Shown piece by piece: positions 26,933 through 37,948 of a stretch of DNA of 64,000 nt. The first letter of the stretch is position 1. Every line of letters starts with the position of its first letter. Origin of the DNA: an uncultured delta proteobacterium (GTDB taxonomy: Bacteria > Desulfobacterota > Desulfuromonadia > Geobacterales > DSM-12255); contig CAWBBV010000007.1 in NCBI GenBank assembly GCA_963787125.1, forward strand, positions 448,001-512,000. Reading direction: 5' to 3'. The position numbers and the translations under genes were made by a program. The notes beneath the pieces are model-generated. The model saw nothing but the letters and a program-made list of their open reading frames with translations. It searched no databases and was not told the DNA's origin.

Positions 26933-28930
26933 ATGGCAATTAATCCCGATAGAAACGATAACAGTAGGTCTCATCAGAATACATCATGCCTTATGAGCCG
27001 TTTTTCACTGGCAGTATCTCTTTCGGTCGTAACAATTATCTGTTTTTTCCTGATTCGTACGGTTTCAGAATACGACGTCTGGTTTCATCTCACCCTTGGT
27101 AGAGATATCCTCTGTAAAGCTGCCGTGCCGGTAATAGACAGTTTCAGTCTGCTTAACTTCGGCAGGCCCTATATTGATTCCCAATGGCTGTTTCAGGTCG
27201 TAATTGCTGCTGGTTATGCCCTCATAGGAGTTTATTGGCTTCAGGTCGTCCAGGTCGGACTGTGGGGCCTGGCGTTTTATTTCGTTTATCGTGCCACCTG
27301 TCAATGGACCTCGTCGGCAGGTTCCTTCCTCTTGCTGCTGTTGACTGCAATTGCCTGTGAAAACCGCTTCACCGTGAGACCGGAACTTGTCAGCATACTG
27401 ATGCTGGCTCTCTTTTACTGGCGGCTGCAACAGGGGCGATATCGCACCCTGAAAGAAATTTTACTCCTGGCTGCTCTGCAGGTTGTCTGGACAAATTCCC
27501 ACACTATGTTTATCATCGGTCCGTGTCTTGTCGGCTGTTATTTTGTGGCTTCGATTTTGAGAGGTTTGCAGGGCAAAGAGTATGCTGATACTCGCATGCT
27601 GGGACTGCTAACTGCTTCAACTGCCTTTGCCTGCATTCTAACCCCTTATGGCTGGAACATCATCGGCCATTCTCTGTCGCTTGTCGCTGCGGTTTCGCCT
27701 GATACTTTCCAGGGAGGACCTTCAGCATTGAAGTCGCCATTCAGCGGCATCGTCGAAATGCAGTCACCCTTTTCAACAGTAAATCGTACAACAATTGCAT
27801 TCTGGTTCTATCTGCTGCTCATGGTGGCATACCTGTGCAGCTTTGCAGTTCTGCTGGCGAAGCAGAGGATGGACCTGCCAATCGCCCGGACGCTGGTGGT
27901 GCTTGCAATGCTGGCAATATCCGTCAATGCAAACCGCAATATGCCGCTCTTTGCCCTGGTTGCGGCCCCACTGACTGCTGAATATCTGTCTTTAGCCGGA
28001 TCGTTGCTCCGTCGGCGGGTATGGAGCGGCATTCTTGTTTTTGCCCTGGCTGTTGCCGGATTGATGTTGTCTCCTCGAATAGCGCTCAATGAGTTGACCT
28101 ATGTGAAGCACCGCTTCGGCGCAGGAATATCCGGCGACTTTGTGCCGCTGGGGCTGCCGCTTTTTCTCGATAGGCTCGGCTTTACCGGACCGGTTTTCAA
28201 TTCGGCAACTCTTGGCGGATATTATTCCTTCCATGGCTATCCCGCCCGTATTCCTTTCCATGACGGGCGCTTCAATGCATATCAGCCTGCCGACCTTCTC
28301 AGGGTGAAGTCAATAGTGGGTCAGGGTAGCGTTGAACTCAGGAAGTGGCGTGATTTTTCAGCAGAGTATGATTTTAAAGGGATACTTCTTGAACATGATT
28401 CAGTGGAAGCAGCGGGACTGCTGCCGCTTTTGCCCGGTGAACCGCTCTGGCGGCTGGTCTACCTGGATAACGCCGCATCTTTTTGGCTCCGCACCGATCA
28501 AAAGAACCTCCCGACCCGCTTTGATGGTGAACAGGCGGCAAAATTGGCGCTAAATTCGGATTACTTCTCGGTGAGACAACTGGACATCTTTTTTGAAAAG
28601 ACCGGCATGTTTGCAGAGCAGAGGCTCATGCTGCTTGAACAGGCAACCGGAAATAGAAATGATTTGTATCTTCTGCAAATACTCGGTAATTTACAGCTGA
28701 AAACAGGTGCCATTGATAAAGCGGAACAAACTTTCAAAAGACTTCTTGCCATTGAGCCTAGGTCCAGAACCAACCTCAACTCACTGGCGCAGACAGCTTT
28801 AGTGAAGGGCAATGCGGATGCAGCTGAAGAGTGTGTCCTGCAGGCGCTCAAATATTATCCTGCTGATCCGCTGCTATTAGAAAATCTTGCCTTGATTCGC
28901 TCCGTCAGGGTGAAAAACACTCAGCAGTAA
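26933..28930 (+). CDS. Polytopic membrane protein (GT-C-like) with C-terminal TPR; paralog of 59111..61078
   Basis: YDVWFHLTLGR, RFTVRPE, WTNSH, FNSATLGGY, DGRF, TPRs. Confidence 0.75.
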   Translation: MAINPDRNDNSRSHQNTSCLMSRFSLAVSLSVVTIICFFLIRTVSEYDVWFHLTLGRDILCKAAVPVIDSFSLLNFGRPYIDSQWLFQVVIAAGYALIGVYWLQVVQVGLWGLAFYFVYRATCQWTSSAGSFLLLLLTAIACENRFTVRPELVSILMLALFYWRLQQGRYRTLKEILLLAALQVVWTNSHTMFIIGPCLVGCYFVASILRGLQGKEYADTRMLGLLTASTAFACILTPYGWNIIGHSLSLVAAVSPDTFQGGPSALKSPFSGIVEMQSPFSTVNRTTIAFWFYLLLMVAYLCSFAVLLAKQRMDLPIARTLVVLAMLAISVNANRNMPLFALVAAPLTAEYLSLAGSLLRRRVWSGILVFALAVAGLMLSPRIALNELTYVKHRFGAGISGDFVPLGLPLFLDRLGFTGPVFNSATLGGYYSFHGYPARIPFHDGRFNAYQPADLLRVKSIVGQGSVELRKWRDFSAEYDFKGILLEHDSVEAAGLLPLLPGEPLWRLVYLDNAASFWLRTDQKNLPTRFDGEQAAKLALNSDYFSVRQLDIFFEKTGMFAEQRLMLLEQATGNRNDLYLLQILGNLQLKTGAIDKAEQTFKRLLAIEPRSRTNLNSLAQTALVKGNADAAEECVLQALKYYPADPLLLENLALIRSVRVKNTQQ

Positions 28931-28991
28931 TTGACTGTAATGAACTGAAAACGTGCTGAAATAAAAAAAGTTAGCCAGACAGGATTAATGT

Positions 28992-30035
28992 ATGCGAGTA
29001 AAGAAACTGCTGAATATGGGGATGGCATCACTCAAGGCCAATCTTACCGGTGCAAAAACTCCGCTCAATGTAATGATATCTGTTACCAATCGCTGTCCGG
29101 CCCGGTGCAGTTACTGCAATATTCCGAACCGGCAGCAGCGGGAGATGACGACGGAGGAGATAATCCGTCTTTTTGACGAATTGAAACTGCTGGGAACCCA
29201 GCGGATCGCCCTCTGGGGGGGGGAACCGCTGATTCGTGACGATATCGGCGATCTCATCGAATATGCCAAGAAAAAGTGCGGTTTTTTTGTCAGCATCGAT
29301 ACGAACGGCTATCTCTTGCCGCAGAAGATAGCGCTGCTTGATCCGGTTGATGTTGTGGTGATAAGCTTTGACGGGCCGAAGGATGTGCACGACGAGAATC
29401 GTGAGCCGGGAAGTTACGAGAAAGTTATGGAGGCTCTGCGGGTCGCCTGCCGGACTCACAATGTTTTTACGATAACTGTCCTGACGAACAGAAATGTCGG
29501 CCATATCGATTTTATCCTCGAAAAAGCCCGAGAGCTCGGTTTTTCATGCACCTTTCAGCTGCCGCATCACACCAAGACTCTTGCTTCAGATAATGTGCAG
29601 ACGTTTGTTTCGGATAACGAGGAGTATCGCCAGGCAATCAGGCATCTGCTCAAACGTAAGCGGGAGGGGTGGCCGATTGTCTCCAGCTATCAGTATCTTA
29701 AGCGCCTTCTACAGTGGGATGACTACAGTACCTACGTATCGCCTGACAGAAAAGGGCTCACCTGCTGGGCCGGCAGCCTCTACTGCAATGTTGATACGGA
29801 TGGTTCAGTGTATCCCTGCTCCGGTACGGTCGGAGTCGTGCCGGCAAAGAACTTCCTTGATATCGGCTTCAAGGAAGCCTTTGCCGGCATCAGTAAGCCT
29901 GAGTGCAACTCCTGTATCGCTTCCTGTTTTACAGAATACAACTTCATGCACTCCTTCCAGTTGCAGGTTATCTGGAACTGGCTCGGTTATACGAAAAAAA
30001 GGGCCGTTCCTGCCACGGTGAAGCGCGTTGAATAA
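28992..30035 (+). CDS. Radical SAM protein with SPASM/twitch-like C-terminus
   Basis: CPARCSYC, WGGEPL, ISFDG; CWAG...DGSVYPC...CNSCIASC. Confidence 0.92.
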   Translation: MRVKKLLNMGMASLKANLTGAKTPLNVMISVTNRCPARCSYCNIPNRQQREMTTEEIIRLFDELKLLGTQRIALWGGEPLIRDDIGDLIEYAKKKCGFFVSIDTNGYLLPQKIALLDPVDVVVISFDGPKDVHDENREPGSYEKVMEALRVACRTHNVFTITVLTNRNVGHIDFILEKARELGFSCTFQLPHHTKTLASDNVQTFVSDNEEYRQAIRHLLKRKREGWPIVSSYQYLKRLLQWDDYSTYVSPDRKGLTCWAGSLYCNVDTDGSVYPCSGTVGVVPAKNFLDIGFKEAFAGISKPECNSCIASCFTEYNFMHSFQLQVIWNWLGYTKKRAVPATVKRVE

Positions 30036-31353
30036 GCAAAGGATTGTCATAGCAGGAGCCGGAATTGCCGGGCTCACCCTTGCCTATGAACTGTGCAAGG
30101 CAGGCCGGGATGTCACGGTAATTGAAAAAGAAAACGTGGTCGGCGGGCTGGCGAGAAGTTTCACCTATAAGAACGGCTATACCTTTGATGCAGGCCCGCA
30201 CCGGTTCTACACGGAGTTGCCGGCAGTTTTACAGCTGATTCATGAAGTGCTCGAAGAAGATATTCTGACCATGCCACGAAAAAGCGGTGTGCGGATGTTT
30301 GACCGTTATTTCGAGTGGCCGCTGGGTTTCATGGACCTTTTTCGGATGCCGCTGCGCGATTGTCTTGCGGTGGCTGTTGATATGTTCATGAAGAAGAGGC
30401 GGGAGGGGGAGAGTTTTGAAGATTACATTCTCTCCGCTTATGGCAAAACACTTTATGAGATTTTTTTCAAACCATACACAGAAAAGTTCCTTGGCTTGCC
30501 TTGCGGTGACATATCCAAACATTGGGCTTTAACCGGGATAGATCGGGCCGTTATCGACAGCAGCATCAAGGTGAACAATCTCTATTCTCTGGCGAGGTCT
30601 TTTTTTTCTCCCCAGCCGCCATTGCAGTTTATCTACCCCGAAAGCGGCGGCATAGGGGTTTTTTCAGAAAAACTGCGGAAAAAGATCCAGATGCTTGGCG
30701 GCAGAGTTATTCTTGGTGAGGCAGTTTCAGGGGTCAGCTGCAACAGCGATGGCTGTATTAGCAAAGTAACGGCAGACGGGGTTGATTATAACTGTGACAC
30801 GCTGGTCTGGAGTGCGCCCATTCCCGAGCTGACAGCGCTTCTTGGTGTTGCAGCGCCGGCACTGTCTTACCTCAGTCTGGTAATCTACAACTTTATGATT
30901 GCCGCAGTAATCAAGCCAACCTATCAGTGGTGCTACTTTGGCGCGGAAGATGTGCCGTTTAATCGCATATCCTATCCGACGCTGTTCAATCCGGCGTTGG
31001 CGCCTGCCGGTGAGGTCGGAATATGTGTCGAAGTTACCTGCCGAAAAGGTGAGGCTGTCTGGCAGAACCCTGAAACCATGACAGAACGGATTGTCGAGAG
31101 CATGATAGCGAACGGGGTGATCAGATCGAAGGAGGAGATCTGCGGTTGTCGAATCGAGAGAGTCGGCGGGGCATATCCGATCTATACCCTTGATTATGCC
31201 GAGAAACTCGATATTTCCCTGGCACTGCTTCATCAGTTCACGGGTCTTGAGCTGCTGGGTCGCACCGGCAGATTCTGGTACAACAATATGGATCACTCCA
31301 TCGAGGATGCCCTTGAGTTATCACTAAAACTTAACAGCAGTGAAAGTGAATGA
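30028..31353 (+). CDS. FAD-dependent oxidoreductase (UDP-galactopyranose mutase/protoporphyrinogen oxidase-like family)
   Basis: GAGIAGL, EKENVVGGLARS, FDAGPHRF, AYPIY, GRTGRFWYNNMDHS. Confidence 0.85.
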   Translation: MNKQRIVIAGAGIAGLTLAYELCKAGRDVTVIEKENVVGGLARSFTYKNGYTFDAGPHRFYTELPAVLQLIHEVLEEDILTMPRKSGVRMFDRYFEWPLGFMDLFRMPLRDCLAVAVDMFMKKRREGESFEDYILSAYGKTLYEIFFKPYTEKFLGLPCGDISKHWALTGIDRAVIDSSIKVNNLYSLARSFFSPQPPLQFIYPESGGIGVFSEKLRKKIQMLGGRVILGEAVSGVSCNSDGCISKVTADGVDYNCDTLVWSAPIPELTALLGVAAPALSYLSLVIYNFMIAAVIKPTYQWCYFGAEDVPFNRISYPTLFNPALAPAGEVGICVEVTCRKGEAVWQNPETMTERIVESMIANGVIRSKEEICGCRIERVGGAYPIYTLDYAEKLDISLALLHQFTGLELLGRTGRFWYNNMDHSIEDALELSLKLNSSESE

Positions 31354-33245
31354 AACAGCTGAACCGGGCCAAGCTTGCTATTCTTCTGACTGTTTCGCTT
31401 ATTGCCGCTAGCCTGCTCTTTCGTGCCTTTGCCGTAACCCCTTTTACGTTGGTGCTTCAGCTCAAAAGCATGGAGAAGGGTAAACGCGAGATAGTTGCAC
31501 TAGCGCAGAGTGGCGAATCGCTTTATATCCCGTTTGAGATAGGGGGGGATAGCGGCGAGTCCGCTGTCTACACTCTTGAACTCCCCGGAAAACAGCTGAA
31601 AAATATTATAATCCCTCCACTGGCATCACCCGGACGTTATGAAATCGAGCGGATCACTCTGGGGAACCCTTCAATAAGTTATCGCTGGGACGACTCAACA
31701 GCATGCCGCAGCCGCACCAGCTCTCAACCAGTCGGTTTCTACACCCCCTGTACTCAAGGCTCTCCGCTAGTAAGCTCTTTGAACGAAACAATAACCATTG
31801 CAGAAATTCCTTTGACAGGTGTTGTCAAGAGTCTCACCTACCGTTTGATAGTTTCTATTTTTGGCGGCGTTTTCATCTTTTGGGCAGGTGTTTACCTTTT
31901 GCGGTCCACTGCTGACGGAATTTCAAGGTCGGCAGTTTATGTTGAACGGGCAGGTTGGCTGCTTCTCATCTGTCTCTATCTTTACCAACTCTCGATGCTC
32001 TGGCGATATTCAGTGGATCTGCCGTTCTGGGAGGAGTGGGAGTTTTTTGAGCCAGCAGCGCTGCAGCGCGGCCTGACGCTGGAGTGGCTTTTCTGCCATT
32101 TCGGCACCAACCAACAGGTGGTGGTATTTACCAAGCTGATGGCCTGGCTTGACTATAAGCTCTTCAGTCTTGATTTTGCCAAGCTCAAGCTGATGAATTA
32201 TTTTGTTTTCGGGTTCTTTCTGCTTGCAGTGGTAAAGTTTGCCCGGCAGGTAACGGCTAGCTGCTTCAGGTTCGTGCCGCTCTTCATGCTCTTTCTGCTG
32301 TCGCCGCTGGCATACGAGGCTCATGCCGCATCATTCCAGTCAGGCGAGATCTTTGTGCTGCTTTTCTCAATGCTGATGCTCTGTTATTGCGCTCCGGAAA
32401 AACCGGGTTTGTCAGAGGCGTGTCTCTTTTCAGTTGCGGCGCTCGGCGCTATTTTTTCCATGCATACCGGAGTGGCTGTCGCCGGGATTCTGCTTGTTGG
32501 CAGAACGGTTTTTATCTTCTTGAGAGTGCTGGCAAAAAATGCTGAGAAGCGTGATGCAGTCATCAGCATCAGCGTCTCCTGGCTGCTTACTCTTGCAGGG
32601 ATCGGCTACTGGCTGTCAGGGTTCAGAAATCCGACAGAAGCATCTGTTCGGCTTATGCCGACGACGGTAAGGTTCTGGGAACATTTTCTTGAGCTGCTCT
32701 CCTTTGGCTTCGGTTTCGATAACTCTACAGCTCTTACCGGTCTGATTATCCTGTGTTTCCTGCTGCTGCCGCTACTCATGCTCATCAAAGATAAAACCGG
32801 CCGGTTGCAGAGTGGCACCTGGCAGATTCTTCAGGGGATAGTTATTCTCTTGGCCATAGCTGCTATGATAACTTTCGGGCGGGGGGCGACCTTCACGACC
32901 CTGAAACTTTCACGGTACACCGTTTATATTACCCCGCTGATTCTCTTCGGGGCGCTTGCCTGGGGACTTGTCCTGCGGGGCAGCAGAGCTCTTCCGGGCG
33001 TAATGGCGGCCTTCTGGATCGTCTGTTTCGCTGCGTTCAGTAATAACTGGAACTATCGTATATACCGGGATTTAAGGCAGATGGATCTTCTGACTCTTGA
33101 GTGTATTGAGGTGTACAACAGCGGCAAGGGGGACGGTAACTGCCCTGATACTCACGGCGTGCCGATTGGCGGCTTTTTTGATAATGCGAAGAAGCTGGAG
33201 ATAAACTTCACCCGGCAGTTTGCCAGACCGGTTCAGCCGAAATAG
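31350..33245 (+). CDS. Polytopic membrane protein, GT-C-like, with an extra N-terminal periplasmic domain; paralog of 36530..37948
   Basis: SVDLPFWEEW, LSFGFGF, ITFGR...SRY, C-terminal ECIEVYNSGKGDGNC. Confidence 0.65.
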   Translation: MKQLNRAKLAILLTVSLIAASLLFRAFAVTPFTLVLQLKSMEKGKREIVALAQSGESLYIPFEIGGDSGESAVYTLELPGKQLKNIIIPPLASPGRYEIERITLGNPSISYRWDDSTACRSRTSSQPVGFYTPCTQGSPLVSSLNETITIAEIPLTGVVKSLTYRLIVSIFGGVFIFWAGVYLLRSTADGISRSAVYVERAGWLLLICLYLYQLSMLWRYSVDLPFWEEWEFFEPAALQRGLTLEWLFCHFGTNQQVVVFTKLMAWLDYKLFSLDFAKLKLMNYFVFGFFLLAVVKFARQVTASCFRFVPLFMLFLLSPLAYEAHAASFQSGEIFVLLFSMLMLCYCAPEKPGLSEACLFSVAALGAIFSMHTGVAVAGILLVGRTVFIFLRVLAKNAEKRDAVISISVSWLLTLAGIGYWLSGFRNPTEASVRLMPTTVRFWEHFLELLSFGFGFDNSTALTGLIILCFLLLPLLMLIKDKTGRLQSGTWQILQGIVILLAIAAMITFGRGATFTTLKLSRYTVYITPLILFGALAWGLVLRGSRALPGVMAAFWIVCFAAFSNNWNYRIYRDLRQMDLLTLECIEVYNSGKGDGNCPDTHGVPIGGFFDNAKKLEINFTRQFARPVQPK

Positions 33246-34624
33246 TGCTTCATCTCCCGGTACATCTTTGCTCTGAAAATAAGTTTCTTTACAGACCGCT
33301 CCCTGATGGTGTCCTTCAGGGTTTCCAGGGCGGAAGAGAGCATGACCCGCCAGCGCCGCGCCTTCAGAATTCGTCTCCGGGCTGCGTAAATCTCTTTGTA
33401 GTCAATTCCCCTTATCGGCCGATTTCCGGCAGACTCATCGAGAAGATAGTCGTGACCAGAATAGCTGCCCCCCTGTAAACTACCGTCTTTTGAGCAGGTG
33501 TCAAAAAGTTCTGTGCCGATAAAGGGTGTGGCCACGGAGATGTGAACCGTGTCCGGTCGGAGCTCTGACAGAAGATCTTCGGTTGCCTTGAGCGTTTCCG
33601 ACGTCTCTCCGGGGAGACCGAGGAGAATGTAGGCGTGGATTCTTATCCCGTGCTGCCGGGCAAGAGTGACCGCACTAATTCCCTGCTGCACGGTTGTCCC
33701 TTTTTGGCAGGAGTCGAGCATCTCCTGACTGCCCGACTCCAATCCAAGCAGCAGGTAATAAGTGTTGATGGATTTCAGGAGCAGGATGATCTCTTCATTA
33801 ATCAGGTCGACACGACTGTTGATGCTGAAGCGGATTTTGCCCCTCAGCCCGGCAGCAGTCAGGGCGTCACGGAAATCTTCCAGCCAGACTCTGTTGACCG
33901 TAAAAAGATCATCAACAAAAAAGAAGTCACGGATGTTATAGCGCCGGTAAAGCAGGTCCAGCTCGTTAACCACATTTCCCGGCGAGCGGCTTCTGATCTG
34001 TCTCCCGAAGAGTTTGAACAGAGTCGGCTGGCAGAAAGTGCAGCGAAAGGGGCAGCCGCGAATTGCGCTGACATTGAGCGCCAGGCCGTCAAGATACCTT
34101 GGGAAAGTCTCCAGTAGTTCCCGGTCGGCAAGCGGCAGAGCGTCGAGATCGGTGATGAATTCTCTGGCAGGGTTTATGGTCGGAGTGTTGTTTAGCTTGA
34201 AGCCGATACCTTTTACCTTGGTGAGGTCGCCATTTTCTTCGATAACGCGAAGCAACTCTCTGAGCGTCACTTCTCCTTCACCAATAACAATGAAGTCGAT
34301 ATCAGGGTTTACCAGGGTTTCCAGCGGGGCGATTGTCGGGTGAGGGCCGCCGGCAATGGTGATGCAGCCGTTGCGCTTGGCCTCTGCAAGCAGCACTTTT
34401 CCGTTTGGTAACAGATCGGTTGAGCAGGAAATCGCGACGATGTCTGGGGCGAAAACGCTTAATTCCCGTTTGATCCGGGTGAGATCATTGTCGAATGAAG
34501 CATCCAGCAGCTTTATGGTATGTCCGTCATCCCTGAGGATTGTCCCGAGGAGGGTTATGCCCAGAGGCGCCCAGAGACCATGCATTTGAGGGAACAGGCG
34601 TGGATAAACAAGGGCAATTTTCAT
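33233..34624 (-). CDS. B12-binding-domain radical SAM protein
   Basis: PLG, GGPHPT, IGEGE, RGCPFRCTFC, VDDLF, GLESGS, LGLPGET; start at MKIALVYP coupled to the upstream stop. Confidence 0.93.
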   Translation of the reverse strand: MKIALVYPRLFPQMHGLWAPLGITLLGTILRDDGHTIKLLDASFDNDLTRIKRELSVFAPDIVAISCSTDLLPNGKVLLAEAKRNGCITIAGGPHPTIAPLETLVNPDIDFIVIGEGEVTLRELLRVIEENGDLTKVKGIGFKLNNTPTINPAREFITDLDALPLADRELLETFPRYLDGLALNVSAIRGCPFRCTFCQPTLFKLFGRQIRSRSPGNVVNELDLLYRRYNIRDFFFVDDLFTVNRVWLEDFRDALTAAGLRGKIRFSINSRVDLINEEIILLLKSINTYYLLLGLESGSQEMLDSCQKGTTVQQGISAVTLARQHGIRIHAYILLGLPGETSETLKATEDLLSELRPDTVHISVATPFIGTELFDTCSKDGSLQGGSYSGHDYLLDESAGNRPIRGIDYKEIYAARRRILKARRWRVMLSSALETLKDTIRERSVKKLIFRAKMYREMKHYFG

Positions 34625-36463
34625 TTGACACCTGCCGGTCTGAGGGCAAAGAGTACCCAATCATCCAGGGTAGCAATCTCGCGCCATTCTTTTACTCCGT
34701 CGCGATAGAAAGGGAGCCTGAAAAGAAAGTTATTATGAAGGGATGAACGGTTGAGAGCGATCATGGTGATTCCTTGGCCCTGCAGAAGCGTTGCAGTTTC
34801 TGCTGAACTGTGTCCTTTGGCGAGGATCGAACTGACTTCGCTGCTCCAGATTATGACTGGTCTGAAGCGGGTCTCCCGCTTCAGTATTACGGCAAAGTAT
34901 GGACTATCAACGAGTATACCGGTTACGGGGGCCTCGAGACGGCTGATGAGCGCGGCAAACTCACTGTCTTTTTCGCAGAATTCAGGGACTTCATTCCTGG
35001 TTGAAAAAAGAGCCGCCGGGAGCTGCAGCGGAGTCGAGGGATATGATAAAACTGTGAGAATGCTCCAGAATGATGCTGGAATCAGAAGGGCTGGGACAAG
35101 CTTGCTCCACTTTGTCGCGGTCAGTCTGTGCAGCGCTTCGCCGGCGATAATGGCAAGGATAACGACTGCCGGAGCAAGCACTCGCATGCTGTAGACGACA
35201 CCGCCTGATGTTTTGCTGATTGAGAGGAGCCAGAGAGCAGTGATGAGCAGCAGTGATAAGGTATAGGGGAAAAGGCGGCGTCCCTTGAACGCAAGATAAG
35301 GAAGAGCCGCCAAAAGAGCTGCTGCGCCACCGGCAATCAGTTCTAAACCAATCTCTAACCACTCTTTTGCACCAAAGTTGCCAACCCCGAGGAACTCACC
35401 GTAATAAGCCATCAGGGAACTGAGCAGCGGGTTCGCATGGGGCGAGTCGGGCAACGTCAGTGGATAGAGCGGGCTCCCGGTGAGAACCCAGTTTCTTAAG
35501 TACCAGGGCGAGGCCACGACTGCTGTCAAAAGCGCGTATTGCCAGGCATAGCGCCGACTGGCAGGAGTGTAGAGCAGAATACAGAGCCCCGGTAGCGCCA
35601 GCGCAGGCCCATATTCCCTTGCCAGGGCGCCGAGAGCTGCAAAGAGTGCTGCGGCATAGACCGGTCCCAGGGATGGTCGGCGAATGGCGACAAGTGCAAA
35701 GCATATCTGCCCGGCGACTGCCAGTGCCAGATAGCCTGATTCCTGCCCGATCTCCACGGAGCGGATCAGCAGCGGTGAGGATGCCAGTGCCAATAAAGTG
35801 AACGCTGCAGCTTTCTTTCCAAAGGCGGTTTCCGCCGCCGCCCAAGTGAGTCCGAGGATTGAGGCAAGCTGCAGTGTTACAGATATTGCCGTCAGTTGCG
35901 GCAGAACCGTTCCGCTTGCGGCATAAATCCACCAGTAGACCGATGCCACCAAGGGAGGGAAACCGTCAGGTATTGTGTAGATGGAAAAATCGGCGCCGGT
36001 TACAGGGGGGTAGAATGAGAGGGAGCTGTGTCGCAGTATTTCCCGGGCCAGCGCGTCCCACCTTGTGAAGGTGTCAAAGCCTCCCAGCGGGTAGAGAGTA
36101 ACCCGGAAAAGCTGCCGCTATTGTCACTAGTATCGCTATGACGATGCTGATTTTGAAGATAAGTTGATTGTCAAGCTCCGGGGGGAGTCCCTCAGCCTGA
36201 GTGTTTTCAGGATTATTCTGCCGTTTTAGGACAAAAATTTCGGCGATGACAGTTAAAATAGTCATTATGGTTGTAACATTTTTAAAAGTGATACTGGTGT
36301 TAGTGCAGGCAAGCGCTGTAACTATCTGGCAGATTATGAGCGCTGAAAACGGAAAAGCAACCGTCAGGCTACTCTTGAGACGGAGTGCTTTGGCCAGGAC
36401 ATAGCCAGGAAGGCTAAGCCCGAGCAAGGTTGTTAAAATTTTGAATGAAAAGGTTATACTCAC
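34621..36463 (-). pseudogene. ArnT/PMT-like GT-C membrane glycosyltransferase with a single +1 frameshift; paralog of 39444..41312
   Basis: Removing one base from the A4 at 36107-36110 joins 36074..36463 to 34621..35952 as AFRVTLYPLGGFDTFTRWDALAREIL, matching FRTTLYPLSGYDTFWRWDALARDIL. Confidence 0.85.
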
Positions 36464-36529
36464 TTCGACTCCCTTATGCAGTCTGAGCTGGCTATGAATA
36501 AGCTAATCTTACCAGCGCTGGGGCATTTC

Positions 36530-37948
36530 CTACTTGGTTATTATGGCAGGTTCTGAATGTCTGGTGAAGTGTACATTCAACTTTCTGGCAAAATCCAGAT
36601 CTTCAGGTTCCATCCAGAAGCCCTGACACTTCCCATCGCCGTTTCCTGAATAATAGCGTTCAACGCATTCAAGTGTTTCGCTGTCAGCTTGATGAGCGTA
36701 ATGATATTTATCTTCGGACCATTCATCCCACGAATTATAGAAACTTCCGGAACAGACTAACCAGAAGACGCCCAGAACATGGGCACGCCATTTACTTTTT
36801 TCTAGCAATAACCACCATGCAATGGAAACAAATGGAATTATAAAAATAGCAAACTCGGCATATCGGGATGTTTTTGGTTCACCCAAGCCAGCGCGACCAA
36901 ATGAAATTATTAATAATACGGTAATCAAGCCAGTGATAGCTGCGCTTATACTGATTACTTCGGGGCGTGTTCGGGTTTTCTTGTCCACCAGCATCAATAC
37001 TACGGGCAGAAGAGTGAACACTGACAGAAATATTCCCGGCACTATATTCATAGAGCTGAAGCCAAAGCCGAAGCTCAGCAGGTTGAGAAAATAATCCCAG
37101 AACGCTAACTCACTTGGCCACGTTCGATTTAATGCTGCATCAGGTTTGTGATAACCCAAAAACCACAGGATAACGCTTAATCCTATGACCGTTAACAGTA
37201 GTAGAATGTGTAATCTATAAGAGAGCTTTGCCGAAATAGTTTCTTCAGCTTCAGATAAATAAATGCTTCTGAACAAGATGCATACGGCGGAAAAAACGAC
37301 CCCTGAAGCAAGTGAATACATAGCCATGTTTGAGATTAGAAGAATAGTTGCTGACCGCTTAACGCTGAGATCATTAAAGCTCAATTGCGTCACGAGTAAA
37401 ATGAAGAAAATCAGTACAAAATGAAATGGTGTCTGGAAAGCCCAGGTATGGTTTTCCGCGACAATTGGCGACAGGGTGAAAATCAGGAAAACCGGAAAAT
37501 ATATGAATTTATCGTGGCCCACGAGTTGGTTTTTTAGTCGATTAATCAGAGCCAAAAGAAAACCAAATATCAGGTAATTGATGATTTTCTGAATAGTAAA
37601 GTTCATACCGAACAATTTCAAGTTTATCCATGACATCAGATGGGTGAAAAAGAGGTGATGCTCGTTATTTCTAGTCAAGAGCCATTTCAGACTTAAAGTC
37701 TCCGGGAAACACATCGGGTGCCACGGTTCAAAATATTTCCATTCATCCTGAAATGGAATGTCTACAGAATTAGCAGCAATTATGTATAATTGCAGAAGAT
37801 ACATTATCACAAAACCTGACCAAAGGGGTTTGGCCAGGTTTTGTGATAATAAACGCCAGATTGATTTTATTTTGTTATTAAATTCGAGCATTCCATCCCC
37901 TGTAACTATAGATAATGTTTTGGAATGATGAAATTTATCTTTTGCCAA
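36530..37948 (-). CDS. Polytopic membrane protein, GT-C-like; paralog of 31350..33245
   Basis: SVDIPFQDEW, NEHHL, LSFGFGF, SFGR..TSRY, ECVERYYSGNGDGKC. Confidence 0.7.
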   Translation of the reverse strand: MAKDKFHHSKTLSIVTGDGMLEFNNKIKSIWRLLSQNLAKPLWSGFVIMYLLQLYIIAANSVDIPFQDEWKYFEPWHPMCFPETLSLKWLLTRNNEHHLFFTHLMSWINLKLFGMNFTIQKIINYLIFGFLLALINRLKNQLVGHDKFIYFPVFLIFTLSPIVAENHTWAFQTPFHFVLIFFILLVTQLSFNDLSVKRSATILLISNMAMYSLASGVVFSAVCILFRSIYLSEAEETISAKLSYRLHILLLLTVIGLSVILWFLGYHKPDAALNRTWPSELAFWDYFLNLLSFGFGFSSMNIVPGIFLSVFTLLPVVLMLVDKKTRTRPEVISISAAITGLITVLLIISFGRAGLGEPKTSRYAEFAIFIIPFVSIAWWLLLEKSKWRAHVLGVFWLVCSGSFYNSWDEWSEDKYHYAHQADSETLECVERYYSGNGDGKCQGFWMEPEDLDFARKLNVHFTRHSEPAIITK

